Shown: piece after piece, positions 1 through 13,252 of the stretch
Numbering within the stretch: position 1 is the stretch's first letter
How the letters are laid out: each line of letters begins with the position of its first letter
Source: Octopus sinensis
Taxonomy: Eukaryota
DNA length: 64,000 bases
Direction of reading: 5' to 3'
Assembly (NCBI RefSeq): GCF_006345805.1
Contig: NC_043003.1
Span: 37,262,001-37,326,000 of the forward strand
Made by a program: the position numbers and the translations under genes
The notes under the pieces: generated by a model
The model's database searches: none
Seen by the model: only the letters and a program-made list of their open reading frames with translations
Told to the model about the DNA's origin: nothing

Positions 1-1215
1 AGCCTTCAATTTGTCCTATACAAGTTAATTTGCAGATGTTCAAATTGAACGACATCTATCGCACTTTCGTAAGTCATGGGCACTGGTTCTCCTTTCGGAC
101 TAAACCATTAACAGGAATTGCCATTTTACCGTTGTGATATACTCTATGGAACATGTGACTATACTGGGGCGTCTGTTGTTTCATTTCCAAACATAAACGC
201 TAACCTCATTTACTTCACTAATCTCAGCGCAGCTTGTTTCTCCCTGAGTAAGCCAGTATAAAATAAGAGAAAGAGAGAGAGAGAGACCAAATCAATACAT
301 GTGAGTTTGTATGGGTATATGTATGCATTTGCGTGCATATATGTACTTGTATGTTTATATATGCAAACATATATTTGTGTGAGGTGGATGGTTATAACGA
401 TGACGTAAAAGATATTTCCGAGAATAAAGTGAGGTGTGGGATGCCAGACTAGATATATTGAATGATATAACAGATTAAGAGATCAAGAGAAGGAAAGATT
501 GAAGAAGAAAGAGGTGGGAAAGAGGTGGGAAAATAGAGAAAGAAGATGAGAGAAATAGAAAGTGGAGGATAGAGAGAAAAGAACGAGACAGAATGAAGCG
601 AAAGGTAGGAGAGAATGCAAAAATTGGAAGAACTATATAGAGCAAGAGGTGCCAGAGATGGGAAGACAGGAAAAGAGGGAGAGAGGTCGGAGTTAAAAGT
701 TTGGCAGAAAGAGTAGATGATAGAAAAATAAGCATTATGAATTAAAGTTAAGAATATGGAGAGATAATTAAAAAGAAAAAAAGAAGTAGGGATAGAGAGA
801 GGATATAATGAAAGAGCTATTTAGAACGAGTTAGAAAGTATAAAATGATGTAATAAAAAAGAAATGCAGATTTTGGGAAAAGACGTTGAGGAATGGAAAG
901 TAAAAAGTTGATGTAAATTTAATTATGACTAGATTGTTGTCTGTTTGTTTTCCTAGTTTTCGCCCTTGAATTGTTTCAGCCGATCATGTGTTTCGTCGTA
1001 ACCGGATGCAGATTAATTTGCCGTGGTTTAGCTCTCCAGGCATGTAGCCTCGTTTTTATCTCTTATTTCGCTAGAATGGTTGACTTCCGGACTATGGTTA
1101 GCGCGTGTTCAATGGACATATTTAGTGAATTAGAAAGATTACACAAGTGAGTTAGAATCCGTAACCACTTGTAAAAGTTTCGGCTGATATACATACACAC
1201 ACACACGCTCACACA

Positions 1216-1276
<61 letters not shown>

Positions 1277-1581
1277 GTACACACTCACACACACACACAC
1301 ACGCAGATACACAGACATGCGCTCAGACAGATACACACAAACACATACACATTAAGATGCACGAGCATTTAGACATATGCACGCATGTCCGCGCACTCCC
1401 ACAAGCTCTGATAAATACATACAAATGTCGGTGCAGATATTTGTGCTTATTGATACATATTGATGTATGGGAAATTAGGTGCACGTATTCAGAAACAAAC
1501 TATGCCATTTAAAGTACATACAATGTGTGTTTGTGTAACAATATATATATCTGTGTGTATGTATGTGTGTATGTATGTATG

Positions 1582-1632
<51 letters not shown>

Positions 1633-1714
1633 CCATGTATCTGTATATATATGTGTATGTATGTATGTGTATCCAGTTTGTGTATATACATATACATTTT
1701 GTGCATGTGTGTAC

Positions 1715-2239
<525 letters not shown>

Positions 2240-2349
2240 GTATATATGTGTATGTATGTATGTATGTTCTGTATGTATGTATATATTATGTATGTGTATC
2301 CATTTTGTGTATACACATATACATTTTGTGCATGTGTGTATGCGTATCT

Positions 2350-2580
2350 TTATTTTATCTTTACTTGTTACAGTCATTGGACTGCAGCCATGCTGTGTTA
2401 CTACCTTGAGGGGTAAAATTGAACAAACTGACCCCACTAATTATGTTATTTTTAAGTGTGGTACTTATTCTGTCGTTATATTTTGTTGAACCGTAAAGTA
2501 ACGAGCACGAAAACAAGTCAACATCAGTTGTCAAGTGGTCGGAGTTACAAACAGATTAAGATACACACACACACACACAC
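2350..2580 (-). mobile_element. SINE family A, 3' half, diverged
   Basis: TTTACTTGTTACAGTCATTGGACTGCAGCCATGCTG ... GTACTTATTC ... GTTGTCAAG match family A. Confidence 0.75.
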
Positions 2581-2610
2581 GTTGTGTATGCGTGCGTGAG
2601 TAAATATATA

Positions 2611-3629
2611 TCTACTACATATGTGGAAAATCGGTGTGTGTTTGTTTGTGGTGTTGTTAGCCATCTCCTCCTAGAAGGGGCCTTTATATCCACCTCACAT
2701 AACTATTTTTTAAACACCCAAGGGAAATAACCCACAGCATCTGTACAACCCATTTCATTGTTTATGTTCGATTACTTTGAATATTGATATTTTGTGTGTC
2801 CTATTTCTAATTTTTTGCAGACAATATCACTATTATACTTTGACACGTGGGTAGAACTCCTGTCTGGAAACCTCGTGATGTACTTAGATTGTTGAAAAAA
2901 TCGATAATAGGGCCCTGTCAATGAATCCTTCTATCTACTACATATTACTAATATTTTATTTAAACAACCCAAAGGAAATAACCTATACCACGTGCAGGTT
3001 TTAGCGAAGCGATCAATATTTGATTCTCACGATCACAGATTTGAACTGCTAAACACTATTTTTGCACTTCCTTAATTTGAATCTTAATCCTTAAAGACTT
3101 CATTCATACATTTCTATGCATACACACTTTTTTTAATGCCCATTACTCCGATAATTCTGCATTTTTACAGTTACACTTTTCCCATGCCAGTAGATAAATT
3201 TTTTTATTCCACAACGTATTTGTAGTGGCTTCATGCAGACATAGCGTGGATTCGATCCTCGATTGCAAAATTTCACTTAACACTTCAACAGCGCTTTTCT
3301 CACGGTAAAAACTATAGTTTCTCTGTGAATGACAGTAGTTATACATTTCCCAGATGCCTTCGCTAAGCAAAATAATATATTTGCCTCTCGCCAACCTCCG
3401 ACAACCTCTCTCACCAACCTCCGATAATCTTTCTCGCTAACCTCCGAAAACCCCTCTCGCCAACCTCCAACAATCTCTCCCTCCTCCAGCTGACGGTTTC
3501 TTCTACTTTTACGTGACGGAAAATGCACCTTTTGTGGCAGTTATAACGAAATTGCTTTCTTATATCAGAGTAATAAGGTGTTTCAATAGAACATCTTTAC
3601 CCCCGGGAATTATCGGGTATATCATCTAG
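2611..3629 (+). mobile_element. Non-autonomous Helitron-like element
   Basis: 5' TC start (A^TCTACTAC..GTGTGTTTGTTTG), imperfect 3' hairpin at ~3598-3619, then CTAG^T at 3626-3630; A/T insertion site, no TSD. Confidence 0.6.
3384..3479. repeat. ~23-bp minisatellite x4 (CTCTCGCCAACCTCCGACAAC..) inside the Helitron
   Basis: Four degenerate tandem units visible. Confidence 0.8.
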
Positions 3630-4129
3630 TATATATATATTAAAATAATGACGATAGAAATTGATATCAATCAACATGAATTTAAACCAGTGATCTAGCA
3701 AATTCAAAAAAATCCGATCTAAAAATTATATTACAATTAATAAGAGGAATGACCAATAAAGTGGATCCCTAATGCTTTACATAGTTCAACAGGTTCCCGG
3801 CTACGGGAACGTGCTCTCTCAGTGAGTTCTATAGGAAACCTATACAAGTGAATGTGCGAAAAACAAAACAAGAATTTTGAAGGAGGTATCTATAAAGCGA
3901 TATATATATATCTATAAAGCGATATATATATATATATATATAATCTAATAATCAAGAGGAAAGGCAATGCTCATGACATTTTCCAGATCCTTTGAGATTT
4001 GTAGCAAGGAGGAAAAGAAAGTATCCTAAAACCGGACACTTGCAACAGAGTGAATTCTGTTAAAGGCAACCAAGAAGCTAAGTGGTGAGACGGGCTAACT
4101 CTACCACCCAAGTAGCCAATGGTGGAATT

Positions 4130-4335
4130 TAAATTTGACCGCAAAGAACTGGGTCAAATACTGCAAGGTATGCAGTCCAACGTTCTCAATGTTCCGCTAA
4201 TCCACCGCCCTAGGTTGGTATTTTTTATCGAATGAAAGGCAATGTCCACTTCGACGGGCTTGAACACGAAGCTGAAAGCTGAAACAAATACCACGAAGCA
4301 TTCTATCCGAAGCTCTAGCAACTCCGTCGATTACC
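4130..4335 (-). mobile_element. Degenerate SINE family B fragments (two partial units)
   Basis: ATGAAAGGCAATGTCCACTTCGACGGGCTTGAAC ... AAGCATT match family B. Confidence 0.5.
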
Positions 4336-4924
4336 GAATATATGAATAGTTTCCATATGTTACAGCGATATGTCCAGAAAGAAAATCAATTTTCTATTGT
4401 CGGGTAAAATTTTCTAATCTTCTCTTCCCAGTTCTGATGTTCAAATATAGCCCAACAAACATTTCTTTGTGAAATAATTTTCTCGTGATCCCGACAAGAT
4501 CTAACTATATTTAAAACTGAGAAAATGTTTTTTCTACATTTGTTTAGTCGTTCCGTTTAGACCTAAAATAGATTAGTGAATAGAAACTTTCTGTGAAGCA
4601 AAGGTCACGGTAACAATACTGTGTCACTCGGTCTACAATCGATCTTGTGAATATTTTTCTTCTTTATATCATATTTTCGTCTGTTATCAGAAAATGGCTG
4701 ATTTGAAGGAAACCTGAATAACGGTCGAAAAATCTATGGTTCGAAACAGAATACCAAGGCAATAAACAGAATCTAGTTTTTACTGTTGTTGTTTAATCTT
4801 GGATCAACTTTCATTAAGTATACCTTTGACTTATGTGGCCATCGAGCTTTCTATCCGAGATTACATTATTTCAGTATGTCTTTTTTTTCTTACAAAAATG
4901 TAATTTAGGAGATTTACTGCTGTT

Positions 4925-4953
4925 GCTACTACTACTACTACTACTACTACTAC

Positions 4954-5007
<54 letters not shown>

Positions 5008-5024
5008 CAGCAGCAGCAGCAGCT

Positions 5025-5082
<58 letters not shown>
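4925..5082. repeat. (CTA)n switching to (TAG)n/(CAG)n trinucleotide microsatellite
   Basis: Direct reading. Confidence 0.95.
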
Positions 5083-5083
<1 letters not shown>

Positions 5084-6269
5084 CCAACTTCAGTTGATGA
5101 CACTATGAGGTTCAGAACTCCATAGCGTTTTCAATTAGCTAAAGTGAGTTGATGAGTCGCCAGTTCTATCAACTAGCAAGCAATCAGCTACACTGATTAT
5201 TGATTGACCCTAGACTGAACACTGGATAAAGAGGCTCTTCCACCCTGACTGTATCATGTAGTTTCACCGTATGAAGATGATACGTCAAATGAAGATTAAT
5301 GTACCCAACTTCGCATACGCCATGCTGCTCCCCATAACTTCGCCATGATCCTGACTCGAGGATTTATTGTCATTGAGGTTCATTTCTCTATTTACACACC
5401 ATTGGATAGCCATTGACTCTTACAAGTTCTCCCGCCCTTTGACGGCTTTTGCTTTTCATCTCACTTGGTGCCAAAATCACCCTCCTCACCAAGCAAGCTT
5501 GGTGCTGTTGCTGACGACCCGACCATGCGACAGGTTGTACTGGGTTACATGTTACCAGTAGTACTCGAGAGTGACCTGACATAGGAGATTTAGCTGCTAT
5601 TTTCATAGAGGTTACATAGAGGTTCCCTCAATGGCTCGTCTCATTGTTTTGCTCTCAAGATTAGTATATTTAGGCCTAAATTATCTGATTTATCTTCCCA
5701 TTTTTTAAGACTGTTATATCTAACAGATAGTGTGGCTGCAATGAGATCGCTCATTTGATTACCTAGCTGCAAATTGCTAGCAGAGAGCAGACTGCCTCTT
5801 GACTGTAAGTAGAAAATGAAAGTTCAGTAAAATCTTAAGACATATACCGCTAGTACATCCTCCTAATTTCAGATCTTCATTGATTACAAAAAAGTTGATC
5901 TTTCTTTCAGTTCTCAATATTATTCTATACCACGAAAAAATCAGTAACCTTTCTAAAAAAAAAAAACAGAGTGTAATGTAATACTTTTCGATAAACGTGA
6001 AAGCCACAATAACTTACAAGAAAATGAGTGGTCAATGGGTGTCACAGGTTAATCACAGGGTATGAATTCCATTGCACTGCATGTATTTTCTTATGCTGAG
6101 ACTTTGGATGTATTACTGAAATTAAGGTTTATTAAATGATCTCGTATTCGTTTTATGATATAATTGACAGGCAAGAACTATCAATGTGGGCTTTGAAGCT
6201 CATCCTAGTCTAGTGTGACTGATGTGATGGAGGCTTAGTTAGAAGACATGTCAGTCTATGCCTGCAGGA

Positions 6270-6510
6270 TAATTTAGATTAGGCGAATTGGAATTCCGAA
6301 AGGGTTGTACTGATGAGGAAAATGGGTGACGTTTGTAATGCAAAAACATGGAAGATGAGATATATGACGAAAGAAATTTGAGAGAGGTAGTACGAGTGGC
6401 ACTCTGTGGTGAGAGTATGTAGCTCGATTGTTCAGATGAGAGAAACGGAGATCATAGTTGTAGCAACAGAGGTTGCAAACAGAAGGTTCTCTGTTCCTCA
6501 AAACAGAAAA
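6270..6510 (-). pseudogene. Degraded CR1/L2-type LINE ORF2 C-terminal fragment
   Basis: Translation ...SNFFRH..HFPHQYNPF resembles the FF.RT..LWN.LP..VFP..YNL..FK tail of these LINEs; weak similarity. Confidence 0.3.
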
Positions 6511-6621
6511 TATGATATTAGAGACGTATATATGTGTGTACATGTGCATGCACATACACATATATATACATATAAAGAGTTGCTTCTGCTTGGGGACTAA
6601 TTTCGCCTACACTGTCTCTGC

Positions 6622-7046
6622 ATGCAGAAATCCTTCGCTAAAATGGAGCGTTCTGGTCCTACACAAATTCCAATTTCGTGAGCAATTTCCTGTATCGTAA
6701 CACGACTGTCTTCCATGATTTTTCACCGAACCTTCTCGTTTCGGGTTGTGGATCTGAGCGTGCCTCACTCCTCACTGAGATTGTACCACTCCTTGATCCG
6801 AATCTTGCCCATGGCATCACCGCCAAAGGTCTGCTGGACTTCCAGGATGGTTTGAGTTTGAGTATCACAAGCTTTTGGTAAAACTTGATGCAATGCACGT
6901 CTGTACTCTAGGCGTAACAGCGGGCGAAGATTTTCTCATATGCGCCAGAAGAGTGGTGTCATTTCCCACCCAAAGGATTTCTTACACGCAACATTATTTT
7001 TGACAGAAAAAAAATGAAGTCGGATAAGTTTTGAACGCACTTCTTA
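6622..7046 (-). mobile_element. Mariner (Tc1/mariner) transposon 5' remnant with frameshifted transposase HTH region
   Basis: Stitched translation HCIKFYQKL-DTQTQTILEVQQTFGGDAMGKIRIKEWYN..SEARS..MEDSRVTIQEIAHEIGICVGPERSILAKD matches the mariner N-terminal HTH pattern; TIR-like TA-AGAAGTGCGTTCAAAACTTATCCGAC at ~7019-7046. Confidence 0.8.
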
Positions 7047-7091
7047 TAAACGTTTATGAATATATGTTCATGATACATACATATATATATA

Positions 7092-7324
7092 CAGGTTTAG
7101 CTAAAAGTCACACGACAGTAAATCAAAATTCCATAAATATTATTTGTAATTCTGTATTGAGTCGAATGGAAAAATGTGTCGCTCAAGAAGTATTTCATTT
7201 TGACCTATTTTCATGATGTTTCATATTTAGATGCTTTTATTAAATTTATTCAGTTATTAAACGTAAATAAATCTTGGAATTAAATGGCTTTGATTTACTA
7301 TCAGTTGACTTTTGGTCAACCCCA
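7092..7324. mobile_element. Tc1/mariner-type MITE (~230 bp)
   Basis: ~35-bp imperfect TIRs CAGGTTTAGCTAAAAGTCACACGACAGTAAATCAAA / TTTGATTTACTATCAGTTGACTTTTGGTCAACCCCA, flanked by TA. Confidence 0.7.
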
Positions 7325-7343
7325 TATATATAATATATATATA

Positions 7344-7383
<40 letters not shown>

Positions 7384-7386
<3 letters not shown>

Positions 7387-8133
7387 CAATTAAGGACAAC
7401 TACTTAATAAGGAAAACTTAACAAGAAATTGTCAGGTAGATAGCGTAAAAACCTCATAAGAGAAAAAATTTCGAAAATAATTATTTCTTATTGAACATAT
7501 TAATTTATATATAGAGGGCATTATACATACATGCCAGGAGGCATGTTGGTGGGATTAGTAATATTTTTGGTAGAAATGACTGATTGTCCCTCTTAGCGTA
7601 TGGCGTGTATGTAGAATGCCTCCTGGCATGTATGTATAATGCCCTCTATATATAATTAATATGTTCAATAAGAAATAATTATTTTCGAAATTTTTTCTCT
7701 TATGAGGTTTTTACGCTATCTACCTGACAATTTCTTGTTAAGTTTTCCTTATTAAGTAGTTGTCCTTAATTGCTAAATTTTTATTCCGAAAAAACTTTTC
7801 CTCTCCCGAAATGCAATTCGTAAAAGTTTGCCATCATCCGGATATAGTATATATAAACCCACCCATGTGCTTCGTTGATGTTGATCAGTTAGCTTGATCG
7901 GCTTAAGCGAGGCAGGGTCGTTGTTTATTTATAGTATATTCAGGCCTGCTGATGATTACGTAAGTATGAAATCACTGTGATACAGGTCTATATATTTTTA
8001 AATGTCTTTCTTTGAAAAATTGCATTCGGTGGGATTAGTAATATTTTTGGTAGAAATGACTGATTGTCCCTCTTAGCGTATGGCGTGTATGTAGAATGCC
8101 TCCTGGCATGTATGTATATGCCCTCTATATATA
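7384..8133 (+). mobile_element. Penelope-like pseudo-LTR: inverted arm + direct repeat, (TA)n-flanked
   Basis: Inverted repeat 7384-7544/7616-7775; direct repeat 7548-7654/8028-8133 (period 480); internal hammerhead motif. Confidence 0.75.
7942..7989 (+). ncRNA. Minimal type-I hammerhead ribozyme motif (AUA site)
   Basis: AGGCCTG-CTGATGA-T TAC GTAA GTA T-GAAA-TCAC T GTGA-TA^-CAGGTCT. Confidence 0.7.
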
Positions 8134-8167
8134 AAATATATATATATATATATTATAATATATATAT

Positions 8168-8215
<48 letters not shown>

Positions 8216-8592
8216 TAATATATATATAATTTGTACATTTTATAAATATATATATATACACAATATACAACATAGTACACAAATATTTACCTGCCATATC
8301 AAACAAGAATTGCTTTTGTATATCATTCAAGCAATGAGTCGCAAAAACAACAGTAGATTATGAACACAAACGCACATATATCAAATACCAAATAGCTACA
8401 TTTCTAACGTGTGTTTGTGTAATTTCTAACTTTACCGCACCGTACATTAACCATTCGCCTTTCGACTTCAACTTTTTGCCCTTTACCAGTCATTTAAAAC
8501 GTGTATGTACATACATACATATATACATACATGCAAATATATATATGCATGTATATACATGCATACATACATATATACATACAAATTATATA

Positions 8593-8624
<32 letters not shown>

Positions 8625-8791
8625 CATATGTATGTGTATATATGCATGCACATGCATGTACTCAAGTAATATATACATTTTTGCACACACACATTATATA
8701 TATATACAGAAACACGCGCACGTACATACACAGCACATACAAACACATACACATACAAAAACACTCTCTCCCTATCTCTCTCTGTTTCTCT

Positions 8792-8854
<63 letters not shown>

Positions 8855-9609
8855 GCTCTCTATTTATTGAAACTCACTACAAAGTTGTACTTGACATTTT
8901 AAATAATGCAAAAAAATATATATAGCTCAATTTCTACACAAATAAAAACAATTCTAAACTAAAAAGGCAACTCCACAATCTCTCTAATCTTTCCTTGTTT
9001 TTCTTTTATTTGTTTTTTGTTTTTTTTTAATTTCCTTATTTTCCAATATATTCCACTATTCTCTGCTATATTCTACTATTTTCCACTATTTTCTGCGACC
9101 TCATCAATCAAGTTGATATTAACGTTAGTGGTTGGCCTTTAAAATGTTATCTTAAGACAAAATCGTTTCGATAAATTTCTCTTCTTGGTGATGCTTCTGA
9201 TAGAGCAATGGTTTTGACAGAAATATTTGAACACCGGATAAAATGATTTACAATATGAGATCAAATCCTAACAGAATTGGCTTTACCTTTCATTATTTCC
9301 GGGTCGATAGATTAATAATTAACAGACGATAAAATAAAATTGCAGACGATGAATTAGATTATTGTACGCCGTATATCTTGTTAACATCTGGTAAATGTCT
9401 AGTTTGACGAACCAATGATGGAGAGTTTTCTGTGCAGTTGTTTAGATCTGCTAGAAAAAGCAAACAAATCTTTATCATATTTCGACCTACTGAGTCAGAA
9501 AAACAAAAACACATGGAATGGTCCTGGCTGGGATGCCTTTCGATCACTTATACGTTTTTGATCAGAGATGACCTGGTGCAAAGTTACAATAACAATATCT
9601 GTATCTTTT

Positions 9610-9792
9610 ATCTCATACTTTTTTTTTTGCTGAGCCATCGACTTCAAGAATTTTAGTCGTGCGAATCGGCCCCAGTACTTTTTTTTATTTTTTAAGTCTG
9701 GTACTTATTCTTTTGGTCCATTTTGCTGAAGCGCTAAGTTGCGGAGACGCAAAAACACTAAGACCGGTTGTCAAGAGAAGTTGGAGGACACA

Positions 9793-9857
<65 letters not shown>

Positions 9858-10007
9858 TATATATATACGTCTCTGGCATATTTCAGTTTCCCTCTACGAA
9901 ATCCACTCACAAGTCTTTGGTCGGCTCGAGGCTACAGAAAATATTTGCCAAAGGTGCTACGCAGGGATACTGAACACATAACCATGTCGTTTGGAAGCAA
10001 GCCTCTT
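9610..10007 (-). mobile_element. SINE family A, interrupted; its head continues at 11907-11945
   Basis: Consensus ...GGAAGCAAGCTTCTTACCACACAGCC is split by a 1.9-kb insertion. Confidence 0.85.
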
Positions 10008-11906
10008 TATTTCATTAAATTCGCTATAATGGCCTTACATATAGAAAGAAGGAAGCAGCGGGTTGGACACAGACATAATGTTATATGTGATGAAAAGAGA
10101 AAATGATGATTCATGAGGGAAACAGACAACGCCCGCCGATTGTTGTTTCCCAAAAGCATTGTTCTCTTATTTATCATACCTCTTACAATTGTTCATAATT
10201 GATAATTAAAACACAAAAATGAGGCACTACGCCTCGTACTTTGATTAAAAACAGAATGAGGCTTCAAACCTCTTATCAGTTCACAGTATCGAAGCTTTCC
10301 AACTTCTTACCCATAGTCTTCTTCAGTATCGCTTGTGACCCCGTACCCCGCCATTTCTCACGCCTCACTCAAGCACAAAGCGAGTGACGTGGCGGGGCCG
10401 CCCGGTCACAATTAATATTCTTCATTGAACTTCTTCAGCCTTTACAATACGGACAACGTTATGACCTCCACAGCTATCTGCGAAGGCCATTCAGCATCCC
10501 GTGTGCAGGTCAAAATTGCTCCCTCATGGTGTTTCTCCAAAACATTCTCCACCTCTCCGCCCCTGTAGAAGAAGACAAGTAATTCTTCTTCTTCAGAGGA
10601 CGAGGTAGTTACTTCCACCGTCGGTGTCACAATTCCCACCGACGATGGTTCTTCACCCGTCGGTGACACAATTTCCACCGAACGTTCCGGGACATTCCGG
10701 TATTCTTACCAACTGCCGGCAATGTTGTTTCTCTTTTTCTTCCTCTTTTTTCTCTTAATTGAGGAAGGGTGGGTTTCCTCCATGACCGGGAGATCCGCCT
10801 CCCCTCCGTCATCCCTAGGATCCTTCGGTGAGTACCCATTGGTGCTCACCTTCTTCCTCTTAACTTTTGACCCAACCCAATCAGCCACTGATTATAATTT
10901 AACACTAAGGAAATTGGTGCCGCTGCCACCCAAACTTCGGTGGATAGTGTCCCCTATCCAGCCTGGTTTTAAATTCGCTGGCAACCCGCAAACCCAAGCC
11001 CACATCAGTTTCCTCCCGCAATACGTTGGAAGAAACAAAATTTTATTGCCCTCCAGGGGCTGGCTCGCAATTTTGCGAGCCTCTTCCGGAGTGTCAAATA
11101 ACCAAATCCTTTCCATATCCGACACCTCGGGCAATAAACTTCACACTTTGTAGATAGTCCTTCAACTCTTCTTCTATTACTTCTTTGGAGAACACGGCGA
11201 TGGCGTCGAGAACCTTCGAATATGTTCTCAACGCCATCCTCTTCTCCTCTTGCTGTTTAATCCATTCTTTGGGTGGGATAATATCCCACTCCATTCATTT
11301 TCGCCATGCTTTTTAAAAAAAATTCTCTTAATAGTTCAACAAAAATTATGAAAAGTAAAGAATTTTAAAAAATCCAAAAAAACACAGTTAGAAAGAAGAC
11401 AAAAGAAAAAACATAAAGACAGAAAAGATAAGAAGAAATGAAAAAACAGTTCAGCACGACGACAGTTCTTTGCACTGTGATAGTTCAAATCACTGCAACA
11501 GCTTCAAAAAATTAAATTCCGGCCAACCGGTACTCCTGGCCCTTGCAGCTTCCAAAAAAGGTACTCCAGTTGAGTCGGAGACACAGTAGCAGGAACAAAA
11601 ATAATTTACCATTAAATGGTAAATACACAACGAAGAAAATTTTTCACAGCAGCAATAACAATTCCAAAGTTTATGGCGACAGAGAATCCGCCCACCAAAA
11701 TAATTCACTTAAAAGTGAACAATTTTGCCCAACTGTAGGCAGACCAGAGTCCAGAATCCAGTGAGGATTTCTTGTTTGTACAAAAAATAATACAGCAAAC
11801 AACACACCCCTACCGGACCCAAAAAAACAAAAGTCTTACCTTACAGCTGAGCTTCACCAGCGTGGCGATTTCTGCAGTGTAAGAACAGCACTAACACAAC
11901 CGGAAG
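10008..11906 (-). mobile_element. ORF1-only (HAL1-like) L1/Tx1-type non-LTR retroelement with 16-bp TSD
   Basis: TSD TGGAAGC(A/G)AGC(C/T)TCTT at 9992-10007 and 11907-11922; 5' end CTTCCGG; AATAAA at the 3' junction; broken ORF1; no ORF2. Confidence 0.75.
10442..11294 (-). pseudogene. Frameshifted ORF1p/gag-like protein of the 1.9-kb retroelement
   Basis: ORF pieces 11094-11294, 10892-11134, 10706-10888 and 10442-10678 align with the 312-aa ORF at 31523-32461 (ARGVGYG/ARGIHFG; ARKIAS..LFLPTYCGRK/ARKMAA..FLLPSYLGRK; EVENVLEKHH/DVKEILKEYH). Confidence 0.75.
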
Positions 11907-12324
11907 TGGAAGCGAGCTTCTTACCACACAGCCAATCCTGTACCTCGACGACCAAATTTCTATGAATCGGTTGTACTTGCAGATATCCTCCCAGAAGTTA
12001 TATATTTTTAAAAAATGGACGAAATGGTCATGAATAGGACGTCTTTGATCAATTATGAAGTTATTCTGCCAAATCTGACCTAGCGATAATCACCAACATT
12101 TCGCTGCCTGATAGTGTAAAAAACAAATGGTTTTGCTACTTAGCAGAACAAGAAGTTTATTTTCTCGCATATTCAAAAATTAGGTTAATATTTATGTATC
12201 GCATTGCGAAGAAATCTAGCAGAACGAGGTGAGGATTCTTTTGCGGGAGGGTTGCGTGTTTGTGTGCGTGTGTGAAAAAGAGAGAGAGTGTGTGTGTGTG
12301 TGTGCGTGTGTGTGTGTGGATGTG

Positions 12325-12364
<40 letters not shown>

Positions 12365-12519
12365 TGTGTGTGTGTGTCAGTGTATGCGTTTATCAGTGTG
12401 TGTGCTTTCGCGTGCGTATGTATGTGTTCGCGTATTATCCACTAATTTATAATAAATTAAAATTCATGTGTATAGTTTTATTTCGAGTAGCTATTTCCTT
12501 CGTTGCCTAACTTGACGGC

Positions 12520-12600
12520 AGGGTGTATATGCATGTTAATTTTACGAGCAGGCTGTTCCATTGATCGGATCAACTGGAACACTCATCGTCGAAACCGCCC
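12520..12600 (+). mobile_element. SINE family C 3' tail fragment
   Basis: GTTAATTTTACGAGCAGGCTGTTCCATTGATCGGATCAACTGGAAC matches 50587-50650. Confidence 0.7.
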
Positions 12601-12680
12601 CTTACTGCCAACGCAAGATATATATATATATATATGAAGATTTCTCTTGAATGAAACAGTTCTAGTCCTGTAGAAGCTCC

Positions 12681-12721
<41 letters not shown>

Positions 12722-12807
12722 ATATTATATTATATTATATTTATATAAATATAAATGTCCTAGAAATTTCACACTGCCTTGGGTTTGTTGTCTCATTTTA
12801 TATAACA

Positions 12808-12937
12808 TATACACGCTCAGACACGACCCGCATTAGAATATTCACTCATATTATTATTGAACCGAGGGTCTAACAGCGGTCCTTACGTAGTACTTACATA
12901 GACTTACTTGCCTTCTGGATCTTCTACATAACAAAAC

Positions 12938-12945
<8 letters not shown>
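12808..12945 (-). mobile_element. ~135-bp (TA)n-flanked dispersed repeat (second copy at 36528-36670, opposite orientation)
   Basis: Reverse complement TATGAGAGGTTTTG...GGTTCAATAATAATATGAGTGA...GGGTCGTGT aligns with 36528-36670. Confidence 0.6.
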
Positions 12946-13000
<55 letters not shown>

Positions 13001-13131
13001 TCCATGTATCCATGTCCGAAAAAGAAGTACACTCTACTCTAAAGCGTAATATAGAGCTAAGTCTATGTTCGGTCATAGAATGACACTTGTCCCTTTATGG
13101 TCACTCTATGATCGGACATAGACTGAACTGC

Positions 13132-13202
<71 letters not shown>

Positions 13203-13204
13203 GT

Positions 13205-13247
<43 letters not shown>

Positions 13248-13252
<5 letters not shown>

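Noticed and set aside
1-260. Possible Ig-like exon (WFSPKGEPV on the minus strand)
   Set aside because: In-frame stops on both sides and no convincing splice sites
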